This document shows, piece by piece, positions 54,377 through 64,000 of a DNA stretch of 64,000 nt. A program made the position numbers and the translations under genes. Source of the DNA: Lingula anatina. Lineage: Eukaryota > Animalia > Brachiopoda. Below the pieces are notes generated by a model, which made no database searches, was not told the DNA's origin, and saw nothing but the letters and a program-made list of their open reading frames with translations. Location of the stretch: NCBI GenBank assembly GCA_051362555.1, contig CM120640.1:12586001-12650000 (forward strand), read 5' to 3'. Positions within the stretch are counted from its first letter, which is position 1, and the number at the start of each line of letters is the position of its first letter.

Positions 54377-54805
54377 ACTTCCCCCGGGGTCCAACTAGCC
54401 CTGGTCTCCCTATGTATTATTTACCTTTAATTTCAAACAAATCCACGGTGAAGGATATCTTTAAATTTTACACGCGCACTAAGTTTTCTAGATTTTTTTC
54501 AGAGATATACCTTGCGAAATTAATAGTAAAAGTCAAATTTATAATTTTTTATTCCATCTTTCTATTAAATACAGATACCCTATAACTGATAATAAAAAGG
54601 TTACAGTGTTACTTTTATGCAATTCACAGAAACGTCACAAACATTACATTACCTGATGACCTTTGAATTGTCAAGAATGCGCGTCGTTTTATTTCATGGT
54701 TTTAAAACAAGTTACTATATATCATTAGTTTCTATACCTACCACCAGCCAACGTGATAGTGAAAAAGACTGCTGAAAGTAATGTTACTTGCTTCCAACCA
54801 GCCAT
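35893..54805 (-). CDS. Large predicted type I transmembrane collagen: SP - FCGBP-N - Gly-X-Y (about 926 aa) - EGF - FCGBP-N - Cys modules/EGF - RKKR - FCGBP-N - Cys modules/EGFs - TM - short tail; about 2,847 aa
   Basis: 22 coding exons, all GT-AG with compatible phases: 54742-54805, 52767-54103, 52435-52645, 51653-51760, 51179-51304, 50663-50938, 50013-50147, 48361-49755, 47660-48217, 47291-47458, 45370-46691, 45158-45176, 43877-43966, 43109-43210, 42635-42973, 40825-42237, 40390-40488, 39984-40109, 39599-39721, 38873-38995, 36745-36864, 35893-36182 (sum 8544 nt). One signal peptide ([21 protein letters not shown]) and one TM helix ([22 protein letters not shown]). Confidence 0.8.
37330..38600 (+). 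mobile_element. Decayed non-LTR retrotransposon (LINE, CR1/L2-group-like) fragment, antisense in an intron
   Basis: Broken-frame peptides: [12 protein letters not shown]...MFDRLSQW (YADD-like RT motif, about 37510-37590), [15 protein letters not shown] (about 37915-37970) and an EEGLCT.C...VED C-terminal Cys motif (about 38360-38430); multiple stops and frameshifts. Boundaries approximate. Confidence 0.55.
40825..42237 (-). CDS. Exon encoding FCGBP N-terminal (IgGFc_binding-like) domain 3 plus a 4-Cys module
   Basis: [77 protein letters not shown], then [26 protein letters not shown]. Confidence 0.85.
43285..43566. mobile_element. PIF/Harbinger-like hairpin MITE with TTA target-site duplication, containing a 35-bp copy of the adjacent exon
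   Basis: TTA at 43282-43284 and 43567-43569; long imperfect inverted arms (ggccccattcccatagacac / gtgtctgtgggaaaggggtc, aattctgcggggattct / agaatccacgcagagtt, cgcctcctc / gaggaggcg). Confidence 0.75.
45370..46691 (-). CDS. Exon encoding FCGBP N-terminal (IgGFc_binding-like) domain 2
   Basis: [79 protein letters not shown]. Confidence 0.85.
47660..52615 (-). CDS. Collagen triple-helical region over 7 exons, about 308 Gly-X-Y triplets with one G-I-G imperfection
   Basis: Gly at every third residue. Exons of 108, 126, 135, 1395 and 558 nt are exact multiples of 9 and the introns split the Gly codon (phase 1). The 276-nt exon contains GDE-GI-GIQ. Confidence 0.92.
50198..50256. repeat. (TA)n microsatellite
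   Basis: About 29 TA units in a collagen intron. Confidence 0.9.
52767..54103 (-). CDS. Exon encoding FCGBP N-terminal (IgGFc_binding-like) domain 1
   Basis: [76 protein letters not shown]. Confidence 0.85.
54144..54412. mobile_element. TA-flanked MITE with about 28-bp terminal inverted repeats and an internal G39 run
   Basis: ta-ggggagacaggggctagttggaccccggg ... cccggggtccaactagccctggtctccc-ta; poly-G at 54336-54374. Confidence 0.7.
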
Positions 54806-55618
54806 GTTCTATCTGAAATATATGCACATGGTTAACGTTACAAATCAATTTACCAATTTTCCTAAAACCCTACAGAATACTAATTAAAACTTGCTGCGGT
54901 ATGAAATAAAAAAGGCGAAGGCAATCAGGGCCCCTTAACTCGAATAGCGATATCACAGAGGCTACAGTGTATTATATGAGGCGAGTATGGGCGAGTTATG
55001 GAATCGAGACGCTTGCGCTCGGTCGCAATGCGCGATGCTTTAGAGTTACGGAGCCCTGAACTTCACTGTTCAAAACGAAAAGAAATCAATTGAGATAAAA
55101 AGTAAGCTTGTAAAAGCAAGAGATGGCGGTAGGTTTCAATTTTGTAGTAAATATAGGTCAAAATGACCAAAAATAATTCTACGCCGAACAGGCCCTCCGA
55201 CGTTAACAAATTTAGATTCAGAAAACGTGGTTGTCGTTGAATGATTGTGTAGCGTTATCAAAATCCTTTGCATAGAGAAGCATAGAGAATGTCTTTGAAA
55301 AGATTCCACGAAGAGGTCGGGTTTGAAATCAGATAACCAAAAGGTTGCACATGTTGATCAGAAACATATCAGTTAGGTAGTTAGTTTATTTCTTATTATT
55401 GTCTTGGCAAAACGATACTTCATGACAAAACGGAAGCTTAAGAAGGCCCAACGGTCACTTGCACATGTTGCTTTCACCTTTGCAGAAGCTAAAAAGCAAT
55501 GATAACCACGCCCTTCCCACCGTCACTTGTGATATAGTATATGATACTGCACATCTCAAAGCTGTAGTTTCTCTAAAGATATAGACACATCATGAGTGCC
55601 AAAACAACAGAAAACCTA

Positions 55619-55810
55619 CCTTTGGATGACACTCTCAAGCTGAGAACATAGCAGATGGCAAAACGTGGAAGCAAACCCCTTTCCCTCCAAACGACGGACC
55701 CTTGAAAAGGCTCAAACTAAAGTGTTGCCCCACCTGCTGTTATTTGACTGTTCCCCGACCAACTTGAATGAACCGCCTTTTAAAAACTGCTCACCTTGAT
55801 GACGTCATAG
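55619..55810 (-). promoter_or_regulatory. Putative 5' non-coding exon and promoter of the collagen/FCGBP-N gene
   Basis: Minus-strand donor AAG|gtaggt at about 55619, acceptor just upstream of the ATG at about 54813, TATA-like TTTAAAA near 55780 and a perfect CRE palindrome TGACGTCA at 55800-55807. Confidence 0.35.
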
Positions 55811-57456
55811 TGTCACTACTACTTGGGGGTTTCAAGGTAGTAGATTGTGACTTTTTCATATTTTATGTCACAAGTTGCAAAGAAGGGCACTGAATTTTAA
55901 TATCTGAAATAAATTATCTGAATCGATACTTCCGTTTTATTTCTTTATAAGATCCACAATAGTGAACCCACGCAATTATCTTGCTGGCGTGGCTCCCCAA
56001 GATAATGTGACACAATTCACATGGACCCTGCCTGGAAAGGATGTCAGTCAACTTGATCCACTGATCATTTGTTTTTCTTAGAAGAATCGAAAAGTAAATC
56101 AGTCACGCCCTTTTGTCAACAAAAGATGGCAGACGGCACTTTTTGATAGTTCAAGGTGTAAGTTTCCTTCTTCAGACCTAACGCTAACATTGTTCTCCCG
56201 TTGCTCTACCTGCTTTATTGTCATTTGGGGAGATTTTGAGGTAAAAAAGTACTTTGTAGTATTCTACGGCCCTTTAAATAATTGAATTGAATCACAGCAG
56301 TGATAAAATCGCGTATTTCCCTTTTTGGTCAAGTGACATGACTGGGTTCACATACCTAGATCGAACTAACAGAATCAATCCATCTCCAAGGGGTTTCTCG
56401 ATAAATTGCTTTCAGCTTAAGTGGCTTAGATCTCTGGCACGCTTACTGAAACGATAATTAGGCTACCCCCTAGCAGCTTCAGTAGGCGTGACAGATATCT
56501 AAGCCGCCCAAATGGCTTATATGTCATGCAAGTACGTGTTGGAGATATGAAAACAATAATGATATATATTTCTTGTATAGCGCATTGGTTAAAGTTTTAA
56601 TGCACATTCCAGTTTCCAGTACATACATAAGACCAAAAGTATTCTTAGAAATTAAAAATACACTAGCTCACTTTAAAATTTACTTTAAATCTATAAAATA
56701 CAACAAAATAATTATGATAATATAATTTTAAAAATCATAAAATAAAAATATTTAAAAGGGGTTTTTAGAGACCTTTTAAGTGTCTACTATTACTTTTGGC
56801 TATAATATAAAAGGAAAGTATTTTCAAATTTTGGGCATAAACAATAAAATCCCTGTCTCCATAAATCTTGTCGCATTGCTGGCATTGTGGAAAAGTAGAT
56901 TAACAGAAAGCGGCTGTGAAAACCATTTTCTAACCAGGTTGTTGCAAAAGATTAGGCTAAAAAGTAGTCGTGCTCAAATTGTCTGACAGAGAGATGTTTA
57001 CCACGGCACACAATTGTTATCTCCCCTGGGAACCGTCAGGGAAAAATCAATATCACCCGTTTTACTTTTCGCCATTGTATACTATCGTATGTATCTTGTT
57101 TTTTTATAGCTCCTAGAAAGCTGCAGCGCCTCTTCGCATCTATAATACCAGTGGAGCATAATAACAGGCTTTGTCTGACGCATGAAACATCGTTGATTTC
57201 AAGCAGTCTTCAAATTGCACCTTTGAATTTAATTGCGTAATGTTAGATCTATTCGCGTTCATCCAAGTAGAAATCCTGGTTTGACAATTTGATATAAACA
57301 TATATACTTGACGTTTGATTTCTTGATCATCAAAAGAAATGCTTAGGGATGGCACATACAATTCGCGGGAGGAGCCGCCATGATCTTCGCAACTAGCGCA
57401 TTTGAAACCAACACCTAGAAAACAACATAAGAGAGGATTTCACTCTCCTGTCATAT

Positions 57457-58042
57457 CATTGGCGGATTTTTTTTTTTGGGGGGGGGGTCAGGGGAGTCCT
57501 GACCCTCCCTTCAGTTCCTGAAAAAAAACCTCACTAATATTCCCCTCTTGGAATTAGAATTTTGACTGATTTATATTTTTTAACCTTCCAAAGGGCACTG
57601 TTTGCCCTCCAAAACACCAAAATATTTTTGGGCATTTCATTGGGCCTCGAACCCCACCACAAGGGGCCGAGGGTCGGCTTCGAATCCAAGGCCTTTCATT
57701 TGTAAACTGACCCCCCCTCCCCTTCAATTCCTGGATCTGCCTCTGTCATGTACCACCTGTAAACTGTGCTCAACAGACAAAAATGGTATCTTCTTGGCAG
57801 AAATATTTGTCAAATATGTTTTTTCTCAAAATTTGCATCATAGCAATTGCTTTTACATGTTTGAACATTTTGTAATGATTGCCTCTTCTTATAGCGGCTT
57901 GGTGGATTTAGGGAGGGTGTCAAGGGGGTCCTGAATCCCCCTTCGACTTCTGAAAAAAATCCCACCAATGGCCCCTCTTGAAATTAGAATTTTGACTAGC
58001 TGAATCATTGTTCTAAACAAAGGCACTGTTCGCCCTCTAAAA
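57457..58042. mobile_element. Two adjacent copies (one truncated) of a GGCGGAT-ended MITE family
   Basis: 57457-57745 (ggcggat...ggatctgcc) and 57898-58042 share tcctga, cccctctt(g)gaattagaatttttgact and ggcactgtt..gccctc.aaaa blocks. Confidence 0.55.
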
Positions 58043-58425
58043 TAGTTATCTAAGTGATATCAAAGGCTGGTGCCTTTAGTTTCTGAAGTGAAAATTACTA
58101 TTATATGAAAAACAGCCTGAAAAAAAAAGACAATGGAATAAACGAAAGCAAATTTTTTATTATGCAATATGCAACACAATATCTGAATTACACCATCATA
58201 GGTATACATGTCCTTATTTATGTACAAAATATGACTTGTCAATGTGAGCTCCAGAACTAAAGATGTCTTCAACCAAATGTTTTCATTGACTTTACATTCA
58301 TATTACTACTTGTATAAATTACTTATTGGTTAATACATTTTCTTGGATATATTTAGAATATCTTTGTAATAAAATGGTGGTTTGAAAATATAGTAACTAG
58401 ATTCAGACAATCTGTTTGGTTGCAT

Positions 58426-58692
58426 CCCTATACGTCCCTGCACCGATACTGCCCTCACCAATACTTCCCCGCACCGATACTCCCCCACAATTACAGATAT
58501 ACTGAGGGGGAGTATCAGTGCGGGAAGCATCGGTGCAGGGATGTACCGGTGCGTGGATCTATCGATATGGGGTTGTATCGATGCGCATAATACAAAAAAT
58601 TTCTAAGGGGGATTATCGGTGCCGGGGAGTATCGGTGTGGGGGAGTAACGGTGCGAGGGAGTAACGGTGCCTGGGAGTATCGACATGACCCC
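58426..58692. repeat. Foldback-type element built from about 15-16-bp units (GGGAGTATCGGTGC and its complement)
   Basis: Several gcaccgatactcccc-like units on the left, followed by about eight ggggagtatcggtgc-like units in the opposite orientation. Confidence 0.7.
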
Positions 58693-59343
58693 ATCTGTTT
58701 CATACAGCTGTATTCCTGCATGGTCTTTGTGGGTTAACAGTGTTAAAAATCTCTGAAATGCTTGAATGAAAACAAGTAAATACAACTCAAGAGTGGGAAG
58801 CCCATATAGCCACAGACAGTCTGATTTTGTCCAACTTTGGAGGACTGTTGGCCTGTGCACCATGGTTGTAGCACTACACTGTTTTCTGGGGTGTGTGAAG
58901 GATCCACTATATTTAAAAATAATCTACCACCACCTCTTTGCAATTCATCTTTACTGTAAGTCAGCAAGTACTATTTACATTTACAATAAAAAAGTGCCAC
59001 TGTATTCAAGTCACATTAGTTTAAAAAAAAATTAATTACATTTTTTTGGTAACATATGATAATGATTAAACTCATGCTATGATTTGGCAAAAATATACAA
59101 GTGCAAGTTTATACAATTATTATGCAGCGGTTGACCATTACCTGATCTGGGCATTGCTTTGGTGTCACAGTATTACGTCCGCCTTATACATGTTGCGACA
59201 ACCATCCACTCTGCCCTCCTGTCACTGAATATCAAATTACAAATACATTTTGCTCACACTTTTTGGTTACTGAATATGTCCATTTCAAAAAACTTTCTTT
59301 GGCAGCGAAGACATCAAATATTTAAGAGTTAACACAAGCGTAT

Positions 59344-60249
59344 CTAACAAGACGTTGCTCTTGATCTAGCCTTTGGTTTCACAAGAATATCAAGCATAGC
59401 AATATACTGCTGTAAAATCTTTGGTAGGGGAAGGCTCCGAAATACAAACATGACCTGCTGGCCCAGGCCTTGGCGGATGGCAATTCTACAAAGCTCTATG
59501 AGAGGTGGAGGTTGTCGACTGTTCTCATTGAGAAGCATTAATATCTCTGGGTTTCTTTGAAAAACCTGTTGAACCCCTGGTAAGCTGTATATATGCTGAA
59601 TATTTACTTTGGCCCCAGCAAATAGGAGATATCTAACATTTTCAAAACTTTCCTGACACACTGCCATATCTAAGGGTGTGTGATGGTCCACATTGGTCAC
59701 ATTGGGGTCTGCCCCATGCCGCAACAAACATAGGAGAGACTCTGTGTGATTGCGTTGGGTTGTGACATGCAATGGGGTCCAGGTGCGGGTTGTCTCATTC
59801 ATATCACACCCAAGTTGAACCAGTTTTTCGATCATAGCCACATGATTTCCACAAGCTGCTACATAGAGCAGGGTCTCATTATACTGGTTTCTTCCCCTGT
59901 ACTCAACACCCCACTCTATTAACAACAAGGCAATATCTGTGTGGCCCTTCAACACTGCCAGGTCCAAGGCCTTAGATTTTCGATCTTTTGGGATACATCC
60001 ATAATCCAATAGCAATTGCACAATGCCCAAGTCCCCTTTGGCAGCTGCTTTTTCCAGTGCTTTCATATCATTTTCAATCTTACTATAGCCAGCAGTCAAG
60101 ATCTTCTGGACTTGTCTGTAGTCACTCTTCCATATTGCCTTGTACAGAATACGCTGCTTGCCATTAGAACTCCCTAACTTGAGAGTTAAGTTATCCAGGC
60201 GATGGTTTAGAGTGTGAATGAACCTGAAGTATTCTTCAACAAAGGACAT
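59344..60249 (-). CDS. Ankyrin repeat and SOCS box protein (ASB family), 301 aa, single coding exon
   Basis: Ankyrin repeats (ALEKAAAKGDLGIVQLLLDYG, TLLYVAACGNH, WTPLHV, TPLDMAV..LLFAGAKVN) and a C-terminal SOCS box (PPPLIELCRIAIRQGLG...LPLPKILQQYI). Splice acceptor in the 5'UTR at about 60423. Confidence 0.9.
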   Translation of the reverse strand: MSFVEEYFRFIHTLNHRLDNLTLKLGSSNGKQRILYKAIWKSDYRQVQKILTAGYSKIENDMKALEKAAAKGDLGIVQLLLDYGCIPKDRKSKALDLAVLKGHTDIALLLIEWGVEYRGRNQYNETLLYVAACGNHVAMIEKLVQLGCDMNETTRTWTPLHVTTQRNHTESLLCLLRHGADPNVTNVDHHTPLDMAVCQESFENVRYLLFAGAKVNIQHIYSLPGVQQVFQRNPEILMLLNENSRQPPPLIELCRIAIRQGLGQQVMFVFRSLPLPKILQQYIAMLDILVKPKARSRATSC

Positions 60250-61643
60250 GGTAAGTCAGTTACACATTCCCCACTGCATAATTTAAAGCTGCTCTAAACA
60301 GCAATATGAGCTTCATCTCTTTCTGTGCTGAAGCTATTCTGCACTACATTTTTTTTTTGAATGATTACTTTTCCTCACAGGTATAAGCTCTTGCTCTTGA
60401 GCTGAAGAGGTTGTTTGCTTTCCTGAAAACAGAAATTCATCTCTTGTATTAAAAAGTGACATAAAACAGAATATCACACAGAATGTGTGCATCACTGAAG
60501 TGACTGAGGAGATTTAATATTTATCTTTTTACAGAATGACCCTTACAGACACTTGTTAGAGGTATGACATTCTCAACATGAAAAAAAAGACTATTAGGCT
60601 CTTTTTTTAGTATTATGCATAAAAATATTACATATATGATTACAATATAAGCATTACTTGGCAATCACATTAAGATGATTATGTTTCAATGCATTGTTTC
60701 TTCTAGTTAATGCTTTTGACACTGGTCACATTAAACTGCAATTCTGCTATGATAAACCCTTTAGGGCACTGAAGTCCAAAGTCCCATTACTAATACAAAA
60801 TATGAAGTCAAAACACATTCTTAGCATAACCTGTTATGTTGTGTTTCATGAAGAAACTCAATGGCTTCCCACATGTACTGTGCATGTACCTATACATGTA
60901 CCAGTAGTTTTTCTTCTTGTTTCACAATTACACAGTAAAAGCTGCAAACCAGTTTTTAATGGGCAAACCGTTACTATAAAGGCCTAAGACTGCTGCTGTT
61001 TTGGTGATTATGCAAACTAAATATAGCTAAATGACTTTGGCAGTTCTTTTTAGTGTAAAAAATGTTCCCAAAATACTTATACCTGTATGTGAGTTATTCT
61101 GATTAGCAGCCACACCCCATACCCCTGTATGCTGCCACTTAAAAGTGAAATGCATTGCTACAGTGACGGTGATCTGAGATTGTTAGTGCTGTTCGAGCTA
61201 AAGAGGAAACTTAAATAACGAGATCTCGTCTAACCCTTAGCATGGGTACATGCATGCACTTTCTGTACAAGTACATCCAATGATCGATCAGCTGATAAAA
61301 AAAATATTCTAAGCGTGAAACTAAAAAAATGCCAACATGCCCATTGCTGAGAAAGTCTATAACACCTTGTTTACCTTATGAACGCGTGTTTCAGCGATTG
61401 CGATCAAAGATATAGTCTAGGCGACTAGGGAACCGTTCATACTGCCAAAATTTTGGTGAACCACGTCGTGTTAATGTTTACGTCGCACTCATAACATTTT
61501 AACCAATTGGCGTACGACCTTATATTTTCTCCTGACCGATCGGTTAGAAATTAGGTCAAAGTAACCAACACGGTCTAGCGATCGGTAGAAGGAACCATTT
61601 ATTTCGTGTACTACTGAACCCACTAAAACGGTGGCTTTTTCAG

Positions 61644-61972
61644 GTCGCGTACAACCAGTAGATGATAGAAGTGCTTACTCAGACTACGGTAATAATTTTC
61701 TACATATCTCGGGTCCGTTTCCAGAGCGAGTAGAGTCCAGATCATCCGGCAATCTTACCCCAGTGGAAGCGGCCACTGACGACACACCCAAGGCAAAACA
61801 AACCCACAAGATGCCCAGGGGAAGTGTAGATTTCTTTGTTCCAGAGGGTGAGCCCGACGGTGCCTCGAAAAGGAGTGTCCCACAGCACGGCAGGGATAAC
61901 ATGGAAATGTCGACCAACATTGGGTTGCGGAGAGTAGAATCCATGGAAACTCTTAACCTAACGCTCCACCAG
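61644..61972 (+). CDS. Probable first (coding) exon of an unidentified gene divergent from ASB; continues beyond the window
   Basis: GC- and CpG-richer open frame ending in a strong donor CAG|gtaagt at 61972/61973; possible ATG at 61811 (MPRGSVDFFVPEG...) and possible acceptor at 61643. No domain recognised. Confidence 0.5.
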
Positions 61973-63735
61973 GTAAGTTGTTTGTTTATAAGGTATAGAG
62001 TTAACTGACGTCTCTAGAGATAGTAAAGGCATGTAAGATTTGTAGTTCTGGGCATTTACTCAGTTTTGGGTATAGCTTGAACTCTGATTCACATCATTTC
62101 CATGCTAAGTAATACGTCCCTACTTATTATAATTTATATCCTGTTGAACTGTTGTGTTTGCTTATCATTTTATGTGAGACCAACTGCCTGTCCCCAGCAC
62201 TCCTATTTTGTATTAAATATACATTCATTGTAATTCAGAGTGAAGTGCCAGGGCTTTGCTGATACCAGAATTAGCCAAATGTGATCATTACGAAAACATC
62301 TACCATTTGTTTTCTCTTTTGAACTTCATCCAAAAATCTGTTGAATAGACGAAAATTTTCTGCCCCAAACTGTAGATTGTCATAAATTCATTCATTCCAT
62401 AATATAAAAGTTTGCACTGAAATAAACGATGGGTAGTAGCTTAAGACTACCTTGTATTTGAGGGTAATGTTGGAAAGTGAGATGTAAAACATAATGCCCC
62501 ATTAGATGTTGCTTATTTAGGCCATGTCAACACACTTTAAAACAAAAAATGAGGGGTATGTGGTATCATACATTTAAAATTTAATCATTAAAATTATTTC
62601 CTGTATTGTACTAGTATTTGTTAATCCGACATACTAATTCTTTCTTTGTATATGACAAAGAAAATAAGAAATGATAGAAGAATTATTTAAATTTTATTCT
62701 TAGGAGTTAAACCAATTAAAATATTTCTTAATGATGATTAAATGAAATATAAAATAAACCTTGATTACACTAAGGGAGCCTTTAAGAACCAAAGCTTTTC
62801 AAAGTTCATGTATTTATACCTTTACATATTCTGTATATTGTATTTCATACCTATTGCACTGTGCTGGTAACATGATGAATAAACGTTTACCTATGCATCC
62901 ACAGTGTCAACAGCACCACCCATGCTCTGTTAGCACATGACCCAATTCAGCCGATATAGTATTTATTGACAAATTGTCTATTGTGAAATGTGGTGAAAGG
63001 GTGAAATGAGGGGTTTTAATAGCATTATATATTATATATTATACCTTCACTGGGATTAGTCTTACTATCCAATTCTTTACTGTTAAATGAGAGTGGTCAC
63101 TGCCAGCTGTAGCTTTTTATGCTATGTTGTAAAGACCAGTAGGCATATGTGTTACAGGTGCTATATATTCTGTTAGGTCAGGTATATCAGATTACTGACA
63201 CCTCTGTAGTAAGAGGATATAAAGTGGGTTGTGCCAGGTAATGGGAAATATCATGTAGGTGTGCCCTTCCCTATTTGTCAAACACCATCTCTGTTTATAC
63301 TTGTTACAAAAGAGAATTTTACTTAAATTATTTATTTCTTAATAAAGTCTGATTCTACCTTTTTATCTGATATGATTAAAATCACAAAAAAAAAACAAAC
63401 AAAACATAATGACTAACACTTTAGTGAAGACTTTGCAATAAAGTATCTGCTGCATTAGATTCAATGAGAGACTACATAGCTGAGGCTGAAATACCTATAT
63501 CTGCATATGTGCTAGATGGAACAATTTTGATGGATAGGGCCTCATCCATATTGAGAAAATGGGATTACATCATTTGTGGGTATACCCTGATAGTCTGAAA
63601 ATCCTTGGTGGAAATATCCTATGGCCTTAGTTTGAAAGCCCAGAAATTGGAGATTAGTCCAATAATTGACTAGTCTTAAAGATAATTAGTCCATCAATAT
63701 ATCAGTTGTTTTTAAGCATGAAAGTATGAATATAT

Positions 63736-64000
63736 TAGAAAAGCACTCCGAGAGTGCAGACCTCCGCCAAGGCAGCAAAGTCTCTACCCAATGCCGTTTC
63801 ACCCCTAAATTTTCATTCTATAATGATTTAGTTTTTTGATTATTGATTGATTACTGATCCTGATCACCACCAAAACTAATCATCTGTTCCTTGGCCCACT
63901 TCTGACAGTTCCAGAAAATTTCATCAAAATTGGTCCATAACTTAGTTTTTTGATTATTGATTATGGATTGATTATTGATCCGGATCACCACCCAAAACTA
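63736..64000 (+). mobile_element. Non-autonomous Helentron/HINE-like element, copy 2 (truncated by the window edge)
   Basis: Near-identical to 18227-18450; the core (gattattgat..gatcaccaccaaaaacta) starts a second tandem unit at about 63945. Confidence 0.7.

Noticed and set aside
54331-54585. Poly-Gly ORF
   Set aside because: Translation of the poly-G run inside a MITE.
57140-57361. ORF with ISNCQTRISTWMNAN resembling a CR1/L2 reverse transcriptase segment
   Set aside because: Similarity is short and no catalytic motif is intact; too weak to call without a search.
58426-58692. Short repeated units superficially like a CRISPR array
   Set aside because: Units abut with no unique spacers, occur in both orientations, there are no cas genes, and the context is eukaryotic.

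Overview
AT-rich, intron-containing animal DNA. The gene families and repeats suggest a lophotrochozoan invertebrate, but the species cannot be determined from the window. Exons were assembled by hand from GT-AG sites and reading-frame phase. Genes, left to right: a JAKMIP-family coiled-coil gene (-, runs off the left edge) head-to-head with BNIP3/NIX (+); a divergent nAChR-like Cys-loop channel that lacks the acetylcholine aromatic box (-); an atypical rhabdomeric-type opsin (-); a 22-exon gene of about 2,850 aa (-, 35893-54805); an ankyrin/SOCS-box gene (-); and the first exon of an unidentified + strand gene. The 22-exon gene is the most unusual. It encodes a signal peptide, an FCGBP-N (IgGFc_binding) domain, about 308 Thr-rich Gly-X-Y collagen triplets, two more FCGBP-N domains with EGF and 4-Cys modules, an RKKR furin site and a C-terminal transmembrane helix, which makes it a predicted type I transmembrane collagen. 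Introns and intergenic DNA carry MITE and HINE-like elements, a decayed LINE, a perfect 106-bp palindrome and a MITE that contains a 35-bp copy of the neighbouring exon.
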